Shown here piece by piece: positions 39,537 to 49,512 of a DNA stretch of 64,000 nucleotides (positions are counted from its first letter, which is position 1; every line of letters starts with the position of its first letter). A program made the position numbers and the translations under genes. Under the pieces are notes generated by a model. It saw only the letters and a list, made by a program, of their open reading frames with translations. It was not told the DNA's origin and did no database searches. Source of the DNA: an uncultured Muribaculaceae bacterium (GTDB taxonomy: Bacteria; Bacteroidota; Bacteroidia; Bacteroidales; Muribaculaceae); the NCBI GenBank assembly GCA_948750375.1, contig CAPZWT010000004.1, positions 24,598 to 88,597 on the forward strand, given 5' to 3'.

Positions 39537-41063
39537 ATGGGACACAAGAGATACAACACAACAATACGACAGTGTGTGACTTCACTGTTGGCACTGTGCC
39601 TCGGCACAGGAATGTTCGCGCAGAACGTCCCGGAACCCACAGAGCTTCCGGGAGTTACGCCCTTGTCCACATTCAGGCAACTCGCGCTGCAAAACAACAA
39701 GCAGCTGAAGATTGCGCGTCAGCGTGTGCGCAAGTCGGAGTATCAAAGCAAAGAGGCTCTGGCGGCATATCTGCCGGCCATAGACTTCAACGGCGGATAT
39801 CTCTACAATCAGCGCGATCTTGCGATTTTTGACAGCGACCAGATGCTGCCAATCAAATCGTTCAATCTGCAGACACAGAAATACGAATTCGACATTGTGA
39901 CCAATCCGGTAACACACGAGCCCGTGCTCAATCCGGCCACCGGACAGCCGATACCGGCCTCTGTGGCCTATCTGCCCAAGGAAGCCATGACTTACGACAT
40001 TCACAATGTGTTCTTTGGCGCAATCACCCTCACTCAGCCTATATACATGGGCGGAAAGATAGTGGCGATGAACCGACTTGCACATGCCGCCGGGCAGGCC
40101 GCTCGCGAGCTTGAAAACGCCGAGGCCGAAAATGTGATTTATGCCGTCGATGCCGCCTACTGGCAAGTGGTGTCACTCAAAGCCAAAGAACGGCTGGCCG
40201 AAAGCTATGTCGAACTGCTCGACTCGCTCTCGCGCGACGTGCATCTCATGCTTGATGCCGGCGTGGCCACCCGCAGCGATGTGCTCAGTGTCGACGTGAA
40301 ACTCAACTCAGCCAACGTAGACCTCACAAAAGTAAAAAACGGCCTTGTGCTAAGCCGCATGGCGCTTGCGCAGGTCTGCGGGCTGCCAGTTCACACAACG
40401 TTCACTCTTGAGGATGAGAATAGCGATACCACTCTTCCCTCGAGCATCGACGAGAGCATCGACAGCTACAACATAAACGATGTCTACGCCACACGCCCCG
40501 ACCTGCGTGCGCTTGAATTTGCCGTAAAAGCGGCCACGGAACAGAAAAATGCCGAACGCTCGTCGATGCTCCCCAAAATAGCGCTCATCGGCAGCTACGA
40601 ATTCTCCAATCCGAATATGTACGATGGCTTCAAGAAGAATTTCAAGGGAGCCTTCAGCGTCGGAGCCATGGTGTCAATCCCCATCTGGCACTGGGGGGGC
40701 AACTACAACAAATACAAGGCTGCTCAGGCCGATGAAATTTCGCGTCAGCTTCAGCTCGAAGATGCCCGTCAGCTTGTAGACCTGCAGGTAAACCAGGCCA
40801 CATTCAAGACTCAGGAGTCCTTCAAGACCTACCACATGACAGTGACTAATCTTGCAAAGGCCGACGAGAATCTTCGCAGCGCCAGCCTCGGCTTCAGAGA
40901 GGGCGTGGCCACAGCCGACAATGTCATGGAGGCGCAGACCGCATGGCTCAAAGCTCACTCCGAGCAAGTCGACGCCCTCATCGAAGTAGAGATGTGCCGC
41001 ACATATCTGAGCAAAGCCCTCGGCACACTCTATACCCCAAATACCGAATCGTCTAACGAATAA
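39537..41063 (+). CDS. TolC family outer membrane efflux protein
   Basis: Signal peptide, ALQNN, LTQPIYMGG, SIPIWHWG and coiled-coil OEP repeats. Confidence 0.9.
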   Translation: MGHKRYNTTIRQCVTSLLALCLGTGMFAQNVPEPTELPGVTPLSTFRQLALQNNKQLKIARQRVRKSEYQSKEALAAYLPAIDFNGGYLYNQRDLAIFDSDQMLPIKSFNLQTQKYEFDIVTNPVTHEPVLNPATGQPIPASVAYLPKEAMTYDIHNVFFGAITLTQPIYMGGKIVAMNRLAHAAGQAARELENAEAENVIYAVDAAYWQVVSLKAKERLAESYVELLDSLSRDVHLMLDAGVATRSDVLSVDVKLNSANVDLTKVKNGLVLSRMALAQVCGLPVHTTFTLEDENSDTTLPSSIDESIDSYNINDVYATRPDLRALEFAVKAATEQKNAERSSMLPKIALIGSYEFSNPNMYDGFKKNFKGAFSVGAMVSIPIWHWGGNYNKYKAAQADEISRQLQLEDARQLVDLQVNQATFKTQESFKTYHMTVTNLAKADENLRSASLGFREGVATADNVMEAQTAWLKAHSEQVDALIEVEMCRTYLSKALGTLYTPNTESSNE

Positions 41064-41073
41064 GCATACTCAA

Positions 41074-42093
41074 ATGTCGACCAACACAAACAATACCACA
41101 GAGAAAAGCGCCAACCGCACACTTCTGTTCACCATGGGCATAATAATATTTGCCGCTGTCGTGATAGCCATAATCGGCTTCGTGTTCATGAACCGCCCCG
41201 ACAGCTATATTGAAGGGCAGGTAGAAGGCACCACCGTGCGCATATCGGGCCGGCTTGCCGGACGCGTGACAAAATTCTATGTAGAGGAGGGCGATACTGT
41301 CCATGCAGGCGACACACTCGTATATATCCACTCCGAAATAGGCAAGGCGCAGCTGGGCCAGGCCGAGGCGATGAAAGAAGTTGCATCCGCACAGAATAAG
41401 AAGGTAGATGCCGGCACACGCTCGCAGATTATCTCCGCCGCCGAACAACTGCTTGCCCAGGCACAGGCTGCAGAAACAATAACACAAAAGACTTACGACC
41501 GCATGCAGAAGCTTTTCGCCGAAGGCGTGATTTCGGAGCAGAAACGCGATGAGGCCAAAGCCGCCTATGATGCAGCCAAAGCCGCCCGCGGCGCCGCCGC
41601 CAGCCAGCTCTCGCTGGCCAAGGCAGGCGCACAGAGCGAAGACAAGGCATCGACAGCCGCACTTGTCGACGCAGCCCAGCAAACCGTAGACCAGGCCGCC
41701 GCCGTATATGCCGACTCATATCTGACCGCGCCTTTCGACGGCACAATAGACCAGATTTATCCCGAAGCCGGCGAGCTCGTGTCGCTCGGCGCCCCCATCA
41801 TGAGCCTTCTCAAGACCGACAAGCGCTATGTGGTGTTCAATGTGCGCGAAGAGCTGCTCTCCGACCTGCCCATGGGCGCAACGATGAAAGTGATGATTCC
41901 GGCCTTAGGGAAGAAAGAAATCGATGTGAAGATATACTACATCCGCGACATGGGCAGCTATGCCGTATGGCACTCCACCAAGTCGACCGGCAGCTACGAC
42001 AGCCGCACTTTCCAAATCAAGGCACGTCCGGTAGAGGATGTTCCGGGTCTGCGTCCCGGCATGTCGGCAATCTATTCACACCCCGAAAAATAA
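41074..42093 (+). CDS. HlyD family membrane fusion protein
   Basis: N-terminal TM anchor, lipoyl motifs (GRVTKFYVEEGDTV, LTAPFDG), coiled coil and GLRPGMS. Confidence 0.9.
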   Translation: MSTNTNNTTEKSANRTLLFTMGIIIFAAVVIAIIGFVFMNRPDSYIEGQVEGTTVRISGRLAGRVTKFYVEEGDTVHAGDTLVYIHSEIGKAQLGQAEAMKEVASAQNKKVDAGTRSQIISAAEQLLAQAQAAETITQKTYDRMQKLFAEGVISEQKRDEAKAAYDAAKAARGAAASQLSLAKAGAQSEDKASTAALVDAAQQTVDQAAAVYADSYLTAPFDGTIDQIYPEAGELVSLGAPIMSLLKTDKRYVVFNVREELLSDLPMGATMKVMIPALGKKEIDVKIYYIRDMGSYAVWHSTKSTGSYDSRTFQIKARPVEDVPGLRPGMSAIYSHPEK

Positions 42094-42105
42094 CAACTGC
42101 ACAAA

Positions 42106-43272
42106 ATGGCAAACATAGGTTTCACAGCGGGCATAAAACGCGAGTTGCGTCGTCTCTGCAGCCGGCCTATCTACCTCTTCGGCATGGTGCTGGTTCCGAT
42201 GATCACGGCCATCTTTTTTCTCGCGCTACTCGACGAAGGCCTGCCCGAGCATGTGCCCACGGGCGTGGTCGACCTCGACCACTCGTCGATGTCGCGCAGT
42301 GTGACTCGTTCGCTCAAGGCTCTTCAGACCATATCAATCACCGAAGAGGCCGAAAGCTACGACAAAGCCATGCAGATGGTTCGCGAAGGGAGCATTTACG
42401 GCTTCTTCGTCATACCCGCCAGATTTGAGAAAGACGCAATCTCGGGGCGCGGCCCCACTCTTGAGTACTACAGCAACCTCACTTACTTCGTGCCGGGCAC
42501 ACTGGCATTCAAAGGCTTTAAGACAGTGGCCGTGACCACCGCCGGCGGCGTTGTGATGCAAACCCTCACAAGCATGGGTCTGAGCGATGCCAGTGCCTCC
42601 GAAATGGTGCAGCCTATAGTCATCGACCAGTTTCCGATAGGTAATCCGTGGATGAACTACGGCATATATCTGTGCCCCTCGTTCTCCATATGCACACTCG
42701 CGCTGATGATAATGCTCATGACAGTAATGCAGGTCACATCGGAAATCAAGAACTATACTTCGCCCCAATGGCTGTCGACCTGCAAGGGAAGTATATCAGT
42801 GGCCGTGACGACCAAACTTCTGCCGGCGACGGCAATCTTCTTCAGCATGGGCCTTTTCATACTGTGGCTTCTCTTCGGTTACTCTCATTTTCCGTGCCAC
42901 GGCTCTCTTTGGGCAATGATACTGTCGACACTGCTTCTGGTAATCGGCTGCCAGTCGTTCGGGCTCTTCGCCTGCTGCGCGGTGCCAAATCCGCGAATGG
43001 CCTTTATCATCTGTGCACTGTTCGGCGTGCTCACCTTCTCGTTCACGGGCATCTCTTTCCCTGTGCAGAGCATGTATGGCTGGATTGGCATATTCAGCTG
43101 GCTTTCGCCCTTCCGCTACTGGCTTCTCACATACTTCACCATAGCTCTCAACGGAGCTCCGGTGTATTTCGCTCGACTCTATATGGCAGGACTGTTGCTC
43201 TTCCCGATTGTGCCGGCCTTGCTGCTGCCACGGCTTCGGAAAGCATGTCTAAATCCTATTTACGTTCCCTGA
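42106..43272 (+). CDS. ABC-2 type (YbhS/YhhJ-like) permease
   Basis: TM1, periplasmic VVDLDHS domain, NPWMNY and five further TM helices. Confidence 0.85.
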   Translation: MANIGFTAGIKRELRRLCSRPIYLFGMVLVPMITAIFFLALLDEGLPEHVPTGVVDLDHSSMSRSVTRSLKALQTISITEEAESYDKAMQMVREGSIYGFFVIPARFEKDAISGRGPTLEYYSNLTYFVPGTLAFKGFKTVAVTTAGGVVMQTLTSMGLSDASASEMVQPIVIDQFPIGNPWMNYGIYLCPSFSICTLALMIMLMTVMQVTSEIKNYTSPQWLSTCKGSISVAVTTKLLPATAIFFSMGLFILWLLFGYSHFPCHGSLWAMILSTLLLVIGCQSFGLFACCAVPNPRMAFIICALFGVLTFSFTGISFPVQSMYGWIGIFSWLSPFRYWLLTYFTIALNGAPVYFARLYMAGLLLFPIVPALLLPRLRKACLNPIYVP

Positions 43273-43273
43273 T

Positions 43274-44488
43274 ATGAGTGTATTCAAAAAAATATTTATG
43301 TGGATGTCGGATACAGGCCGTGTATTCCGCAACGAGATGAATATATTTCTTCACGATATAGGCGTGCTGCTGTTTTTCTTCGCGTTGCCGCTCATGTATC
43401 CTGTCATCTACACGCTTATATACAATCCCGAGACGGTGAGAAAAATGCCTGTGGCTGTGGTCGACGAATCGCGGTCGGCGGAATCACGCAGTTTTGTGCA
43501 GAAAGCCTCGGCATCGCCGGCTATAGCCATTTATGCCTACTGCAACGACCTGCAGGAAGCACGCGAACTGATGTATGAAAACAAGGTTTTCGGCATAATG
43601 CAGATACCATCGTCGTATGGCAAAAACATAGGCCGCAACGACCCGGCTCATGTAGAGTTTTACGCCGATATGACACTGCTTCTGCGCTACCGCACCTTTG
43701 CGGCGGCACTCACCGACCTTCAGCTTGAGCTCATAAGCGAGACTACCGGCGAACGCATCTCGGCCTCCGGCCTCAACTCGCTTGCCCAGAACATGTCGAT
43801 GATTCAGAGCGACAGTAATTTCCTCGGCGACACCGAGCAGGGCTTCGCATCGTTTATCATGCCGGGCATTGTGATACTCATACTTCAGCAGAGCATGCTG
43901 CTCGGCATAGGCATGCTCGGCGGGACCTCGGCCGAACGGCGGCGCCGCAACAACGGCTTCGACCCGCGCCAGATTCATGGTGTAGGTGTCACCGCCACTG
44001 TGTGGGGCAAGTCGCTGGCCTATCTTGTGATATATATCCCTCAGATAATCTACGTTCTGCGTATCATTCCGGCAATGTTCAACCTGCCACACTACGGCTC
44101 TGCGACAGACTACTTCCTGTTCATCGTGCCTATGCTGCTTGCCACGGCTTTCCTCGGCCAGACGCTCAATGCCGTGATACGCGACCGCGAAAGCCCGTTT
44201 ATCATCATTGTGTTCACATCGGTTTGGTTCCTCTTCCTCTCGGGCCTCACATGGCCGCGCTACGCCATGAGCCCCATATGGAAAATGCTCGGCGACATGA
44301 TTCCGGCAATCTGGGGTGTTGAAGGATTCATACGAATCAACAGCAATGCCGCCACTCTGCACGAAGTTGGCACGGATTTTGTTGCACTTTGGGTACTATC
44401 CTTAGTGTATATGATAACCGCGTGCATTGTGACCCGAGCCACCATGCCGTATGTCTGCAAACGAAAATGGCAGGAATCAAAAGCTTAG
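43274..44488 (+). CDS. ABC-2 type (YbhR-like) permease
   Basis: PVAVVDES, FIMPGIVILILQQ, FLSGLTWP and TM helices. Confidence 0.85.
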   Translation: MSVFKKIFMWMSDTGRVFRNEMNIFLHDIGVLLFFFALPLMYPVIYTLIYNPETVRKMPVAVVDESRSAESRSFVQKASASPAIAIYAYCNDLQEARELMYENKVFGIMQIPSSYGKNIGRNDPAHVEFYADMTLLLRYRTFAAALTDLQLELISETTGERISASGLNSLAQNMSMIQSDSNFLGDTEQGFASFIMPGIVILILQQSMLLGIGMLGGTSAERRRRNNGFDPRQIHGVGVTATVWGKSLAYLVIYIPQIIYVLRIIPAMFNLPHYGSATDYFLFIVPMLLATAFLGQTLNAVIRDRESPFIIIVFTSVWFLFLSGLTWPRYAMSPIWKMLGDMIPAIWGVEGFIRINSNAATLHEVGTDFVALWVLSLVYMITACIVTRATMPYVCKRKWQESKA

Positions 44489-45975
44489 CAAAAGACACGG
44501 CCTTATACGGCCTCAGTTCTATAGTGGGACGCTTCCTCAACTGGATGCTTGTGCCGCTGTATACCAATATGTTTCCGGTCGCCGAGTATGGTGTTGTAAC
44601 ATTTGTCTACTCGGTAGTGGCGCTCGTAATGGTTATTCTCACCTACGGCATGGAGACGGGTTTCTTCCGCTTTGCCAATCATGAGAAATGGAGCGACCCT
44701 ATGGAAGTATACACCACCTCGATGATGTCATTGGCGGCAAGTTCGACGACATTCATGTTGCTTGTGGCACTGTTCATTAATCCTGTAAGCCAATGGATGG
44801 AGTGTGCCGGGCATCCGTCGTATGTGTTGCTTATGGCATGCTGCGTGGGCATGGACGCATTCATGACCATACCCTACAGCTATATCCGCTTCCGCAAGCG
44901 CCCGATGCGCTTCGCTTTGCTCAAACTGGTGAACATAGGAATCAATATCGGCCTCAATCTGTTTTTCATTGTATTGTGTCCGTGGTTGCTCAAGCATGCT
45001 CCCGGCACAGTGTCGTCATTCTACGACCCGTCGTATGGAATAGGATATATCTTCCTGTCGAACTTCATGGCGTCGGCCATAAATCTGATTATGCTGTGGC
45101 CTGAGCTACATGGATTCAAATGGAGATTCACGGCCACGCTGTGGAAACAGATGCTCATCTACTCCATGCCGCTGCTCGTGCTCGGAGTTGCCGGCACTCT
45201 CAACCAGACCATCGGCACAATCCTCTATCCGCATCTCGTGAAAGACCCAGCGGAAGCCATGTATGGCCTCGGCATCTATGGCGCGAACTATAAAATAGGC
45301 ATTGTACTGCTGATATTCCTGCAGGCTTTCCGCTTCGCTTATGAGCCGTTTATATTCTCGCGTAGCAAAGAGAGCGGCGGAAACAAACTCCAGGCCTACC
45401 GCGACGCAATGAAATACTTCTGCATCTTTGCTCTTTTTATATTTCTGGGCGTGATGTACTATATCGACATCATCCGTTATTTCATACCGCCACGCTACTT
45501 CAGCGGCCTCAAAATAGTACCTCTGATTATGCTTGGCGAGTTTTTCTTCGGCATATTCTTCAATCTCTCGATATGGTACAAGCTTACCGATCGCACGGTG
45601 TGGGGCGCCTATCTGTCGCTCACCGGCCTGGCGGTGACAGTAGCACTCAATGTGTTGCTCGTGCCGAAGATTGGTTATGTGGGTTGCGCCGTGGCTGCTC
45701 TCTGCTGCTATACGGTGATGATGCTTGCAAGCTACTTCGCCGGCCAGCGGTTTTATCCGATAGGCTATCCAGTAAAACGCATTTTAAGCTATTTTGGCTT
45801 CGCTGCCGCCCTATATGCGGCCGGAGTATGGCTTCTGCCTATGTTCGGCCTCCACGAGGCGGCAAACGGCCTTATACGGGCTCTTCTGCTTGCCGTATAT
45901 GTCGGAACGGCAATTAAAATAGAGAAAATCAATCCTGTGGCCGAAATCAAGGGCGTGTTGCACAGGCGCAGCTGA
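44467..45975 (+). CDS. Wzx/MOP-family oligosaccharide flippase (polysaccharide biosynthesis protein)
   Basis: SLAKDTALYGLSSIVGRFLN, TYGMETGFFRF, QAFRFAYEPF and many TM helices. Its ATG overlaps the upstream permease. Confidence 0.85.
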   Translation: MAGIKSLAKDTALYGLSSIVGRFLNWMLVPLYTNMFPVAEYGVVTFVYSVVALVMVILTYGMETGFFRFANHEKWSDPMEVYTTSMMSLAASSTTFMLLVALFINPVSQWMECAGHPSYVLLMACCVGMDAFMTIPYSYIRFRKRPMRFALLKLVNIGINIGLNLFFIVLCPWLLKHAPGTVSSFYDPSYGIGYIFLSNFMASAINLIMLWPELHGFKWRFTATLWKQMLIYSMPLLVLGVAGTLNQTIGTILYPHLVKDPAEAMYGLGIYGANYKIGIVLLIFLQAFRFAYEPFIFSRSKESGGNKLQAYRDAMKYFCIFALFIFLGVMYYIDIIRYFIPPRYFSGLKIVPLIMLGEFFFGIFFNLSIWYKLTDRTVWGAYLSLTGLAVTVALNVLLVPKIGYVGCAVAALCCYTVMMLASYFAGQRFYPIGYPVKRILSYFGFAAALYAAGVWLLPMFGLHEAANGLIRALLLAVYVGTAIKIEKINPVAEIKGVLHRRS

Positions 45976-46013
45976 GGACGATTTCCATTTCCGCACTATG
46001 CTGAAAATTTAAA

Positions 46014-46052
46014 CGTCGTCACCCATACAGCTGCGTTGTACGGGTGACGACG
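46014..46052. terminator. Bidirectional terminator between convergent genes
   Basis: CGTCGTCACCC / GGGTGACGACG perfect 11-bp stem. Confidence 0.75.
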
Positions 46053-46075
46053 AAATATACTGTATAAGCCGGATA

Positions 46076-46702
46076 TCAGCCGAGTCGCCGGTGGATATAT
46101 TCGATTATGATGTCGGCGATTTCCTCGAGAGGAATGAGCGACGAATCGAAGGTAAGGTCGTAGCTCTCGGCAGCCCCCCAGCGCTTGTCGGTATAGAAAT
46201 TATAGAAATTCTCACGGAGTTTGTTTGTGCGTGCAGCGAGTACTTTCGCCTCCTCGGGCGACTTGCACTCGAGTCTGTCGACAATGCGCTGCGCGCACAC
46301 GTCGGCCGGGGCATGCACGAAGATATTGATGACGTTTTCAACATCGCGCAGCACATAGTCGGCACTGCGGCCTACGATTACACACGCTTCCTTTGCGGCG
46401 AGCTCATGCATGAATTCGCACTGCGCCTTGTATATGCCGTCGGAGCCCGATATAGTATCGCCAATCCACGACATAGGGTAAAAGCCCATGGAGAATTGAA
46501 CGACGCCGCCCATAATTCTCGGTGCGCGCTCGTCGTTTCGCTCGAAATAATCAAGATTGTATCCGGCTTTACGGGCCGATTCCACAAGCAGCTGTTTATC
46601 ATAAAAACCTATGCATAGCCGCTGCGCGAGCAGGCGGCCGAGTTGCCGGCCTCCGCTGCCGAATGTACGGCCAATGGTGATGACGTATTTTTCGGGTAAC
46701 AT
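46076..46702 (-). CDS. Cytidylate kinase-like family protein
   Basis: ITIGRTFGSGG P-loop, CVIVGRSADY and YDLTFDSS. Confidence 0.85.
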   Translation of the reverse strand: MLPEKYVITIGRTFGSGGRQLGRLLAQRLCIGFYDKQLLVESARKAGYNLDYFERNDERAPRIMGGVVQFSMGFYPMSWIGDTISGSDGIYKAQCEFMHELAAKEACVIVGRSADYVLRDVENVINIFVHAPADVCAQRIVDRLECKSPEEAKVLAARTNKLRENFYNFYTDKRWGAAESYDLTFDSSLIPLEEIADIIIEYIHRRLG

Positions 46703-46730
46703 TTATGTACGATTCTTACAATAGAAACAA

Positions 46731-46772
46731 ATGGCCGGAGCCTGCTGTTCGTTCGACGCAGTATCCGGCCAT
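46731..46772 (-). terminator. Stem-loop after the GH57 gene
   Basis: ATGGCCGGA / TCCGGCCAT inverted repeat. Confidence 0.55.
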
Positions 46773-46784
46773 ATATGTCAGGTA

Positions 46785-48200
46785 TTATTTTTCCGATTTC
46801 TTTTTGGCCGCGGCGGTCTTTCCGGCAACAGCTTTCTTAGGCGCTTTGGCTTTTTTTGGTGCTTTCTCAGCCGGCTCAGCTTTGGCCTTGAGCTCATCGC
46901 GCTTCACGTGCTCGATATTGTATTGCTCCACGCTCTTGCGCATCGAAGCGAGCTCTTTGTTGAGAGTTTCAATTTCGGCACCCTGGTTGCGGATAGTGAG
47001 AAGGAGCGAGTTGAGCTCTTCGTTGCCTATCTGAGAGGGGAATTCCTCTTTCACTCGCATTTCGAAGTCGGCGAGCACATTCATGTAGTTGGTGAATGCT
47101 GCAAAAGGCGTCTCATATGGGCTGAATCCGGGATTTCGGGTATTCATGTAGAAGAAGTGGTCGCAGGCCTGGAGGTACTGGAAGTCGCGTTTGAGCGCAC
47201 GGTTTGAGCACTCGCGCACGCGCTCAGCCTGGGCATAGAGTTTGTCGAAGGCTTCATTCTGCAGACTATTTCCGAGCCATGCCGAGGTGTCGGACTCCTC
47301 GCCGGCACTCGAAATCGGGTGGTTGATTGAAATCTCGCCGACGGGTTTGATTTTGGCCACTGCCTGCGAAGGTGTGATGAATTCGATGCCGCGCTCGTAG
47401 GCAAAGCGTGGCAGAGCTTCGAGGAACTGGAAAATGCCGGTGTTGCCCGGATGCAGGTCGCCGAATGTTTCCATGTTGAGGAAGACGTTGATAATCTGTT
47501 CGTCCTGTGGCGTGGCAGCAATCCAGTCGATGTATTTGTCGGCGGTGAGTGGGAAATCGGGCCAGGAAGTATCTCCGAAGCGCTCGGCGATGTCGTTGCT
47601 GAGCTTGCGGTTGCGCATGAGCACTTTCAATTTTGGCGCCGAGGCTGCAGTGTATACATAGTCGGGCGATTTCCAACCGAGAATATGCTTTGCGCCTTCG
47701 GTAAGCACGCCTTTGAAGCCAAGCTCAACAAGCTGCGGAGCGATGTCGTCGAAGTAAATGAGCTCTGTATTGCGTACAATCTTGGGCTCGATGCCGAAAC
47801 GGTTGCGGAGAATCGAAGCCGTGGCAGCAATCTGGGCGGCAAATTCCTCGGAGTCAACGAGCGACGACAGACCGTAAGAGAAAGGCTGGGCGACGAACTC
47901 GACACATCCGGTTTTGTGCAGACGGTCTAAGAGCTCGAGAAGCTCAGGCACATAGTGCTCAAACTGCTCGAAAGCGAGGCCGGAAACAGCGATTGAGCAG
48001 CAGAAACGGCCTTCGTTCTGCTCAATCATGCGGAGAAGGGTCTCGCAGGCCGGGATATATGAGTTGTGGGCCACACGTGTAACGATATCCTCGTTGAGGA
48101 AGTCGTCGAAATAGTAATGGTCCTTGCCGATGTCGAAGAAACGGTAACGTTTCAGACGGAACGGCTGATGTATTTCGAAATTAAAACAGATAGCTTTCAT
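46785..48200 (-). CDS. GH57 alpha-amylase-like protein
   Basis: EIHQPFR, RNTELIY, ETFG region and DHFFYM; Lys/Ala-rich C-terminal tail. Confidence 0.88.
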   Translation of the reverse strand: MKAICFNFEIHQPFRLKRYRFFDIGKDHYYFDDFLNEDIVTRVAHNSYIPACETLLRMIEQNEGRFCCSIAVSGLAFEQFEHYVPELLELLDRLHKTGCVEFVAQPFSYGLSSLVDSEEFAAQIAATASILRNRFGIEPKIVRNTELIYFDDIAPQLVELGFKGVLTEGAKHILGWKSPDYVYTAASAPKLKVLMRNRKLSNDIAERFGDTSWPDFPLTADKYIDWIAATPQDEQIINVFLNMETFGDLHPGNTGIFQFLEALPRFAYERGIEFITPSQAVAKIKPVGEISINHPISSAGEESDTSAWLGNSLQNEAFDKLYAQAERVRECSNRALKRDFQYLQACDHFFYMNTRNPGFSPYETPFAAFTNYMNVLADFEMRVKEEFPSQIGNEELNSLLLTIRNQGAEIETLNKELASMRKSVEQYNIEHVKRDELKAKAEPAEKAPKKAKAPKKAVAGKTAAAKKKSEK

Positions 48201-48212
48201 TTTTAATGCGTT

Positions 48213-49475
48213 TTAGCGTCCGAGAACTTTGTTATATATGTCGATTACCTTTCGGCCGGCTTTGTCCCATGTGATCTGGGCGACTTCCTTGAGGCCGTCC
48301 TCGCGCAGCTGCTTGTACAGTGCGGGGTAAGTGATTATAGCATGAATGGCATCGGCCATTGCGTCGATGTCCCAGTAATCAGTCTTGATTACATTAGTGA
48401 GAATTTCGGCGCAGCCGCTCTGCTTTGAGATAATTGATGGAACACCCATCTGCATGGCCTCGAGCGGCGAAATGCCGAAGGGTTCGGAGACGGAAGGCAT
48501 GATGTAGACATCGCTTGCTTTGAGCATTTCGTAGACCTGCTTGCCTTTCTGGAATCCAGGAAAATGGAAGCGGTCGCTGATACCGCGCTCTGCGGCGAGC
48601 TGAATCATCTTGTCCATCATATCGCCGGAACCGGCCATGACGAAGCGTACGTTGGAGCAGTTGCGAAGAACCTTTGCGGCAGCTTCGACAAAGTACTCAG
48701 GACCTTTCTGCATGGTTATACGGCCGAGGAAGGTGACAATTTTTTCTTTAGTCTGACGCAGATTCTCTACATTGAGCAGCTCGGGGCTGAGAGGCACAAC
48801 GGCGTTGTGTACAGTGGTTACCTTTGCCGGATCGACACCGTAGTGGTCAATCACAGTCTGGCGAGTGAGATTCGACACGGTGATTATGTGGTCGGCATGA
48901 ATCATGCCGTCGCGCTCGATGCCATAGACCGTGGGATTGGGCTTTCCGCGCGAACGGTCGTACTCGGTAGCATGAACGTGAATCACCAGAGGCTTGCCTG
49001 TGACCTGCTTGGCATGTATTCCGGCCGGATAGGTGAGCCAGTCGTGGCTATGGATGATATCGAAGTCGAGCGTGCGTGCAATCACACCCGCGGTAATAGA
49101 GTAGTTGTTGATTTCCTCGAGAAGATTCGAGGGATATTTGCCGGAGAACTCTATGCAACCGAGGTCGTTGGTGCGCATATAGTTGAAGTCGGCATATATA
49201 TGGTCGCGGAGACGGAAATAAAGGTCGGGGGGCATGAGTTTGCCTATACGTGCATCGACATAGTCACGGTCGACATCGCGCCATGCAACCGGCACCTGCG
49301 AGTTGCCGATTATATGAGCGAAGCTTCGGTCTTCGTCGCCATAAGGCTTGGGAATGACAAAGGTTATGTCCATGTCGCCACACTCCCACATACCACGGGT
49401 GAGGCCGTAGCTGGCAGTGCCGAGACCGCCGAGGATGTGAGGAGGGAATTCCCAACCGAACATTAGTGCTTTCAT
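48213..49475 (-). CDS. GT4 glycosyltransferase (glycogen synthase-like)
   Basis: WEFPPHILGGLG, HSHDWLT, FLGRITMQKG and SEPFGISPLEA. Confidence 0.9.
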   Translation of the reverse strand: MKALMFGWEFPPHILGGLGTASYGLTRGMWECGDMDITFVIPKPYGDEDRSFAHIIGNSQVPVAWRDVDRDYVDARIGKLMPPDLYFRLRDHIYADFNYMRTNDLGCIEFSGKYPSNLLEEINNYSITAGVIARTLDFDIIHSHDWLTYPAGIHAKQVTGKPLVIHVHATEYDRSRGKPNPTVYGIERDGMIHADHIITVSNLTRQTVIDHYGVDPAKVTTVHNAVVPLSPELLNVENLRQTKEKIVTFLGRITMQKGPEYFVEAAAKVLRNCSNVRFVMAGSGDMMDKMIQLAAERGISDRFHFPGFQKGKQVYEMLKASDVYIMPSVSEPFGISPLEAMQMGVPSIISKQSGCAEILTNVIKTDYWDIDAMADAIHAIITYPALYKQLREDGLKEVAQITWDKAGRKVIDIYNKVLGR

Positions 49476-49512
49476 ATTATCAATTATGTATATTTAATTG
49501 GGAATCAATTGT

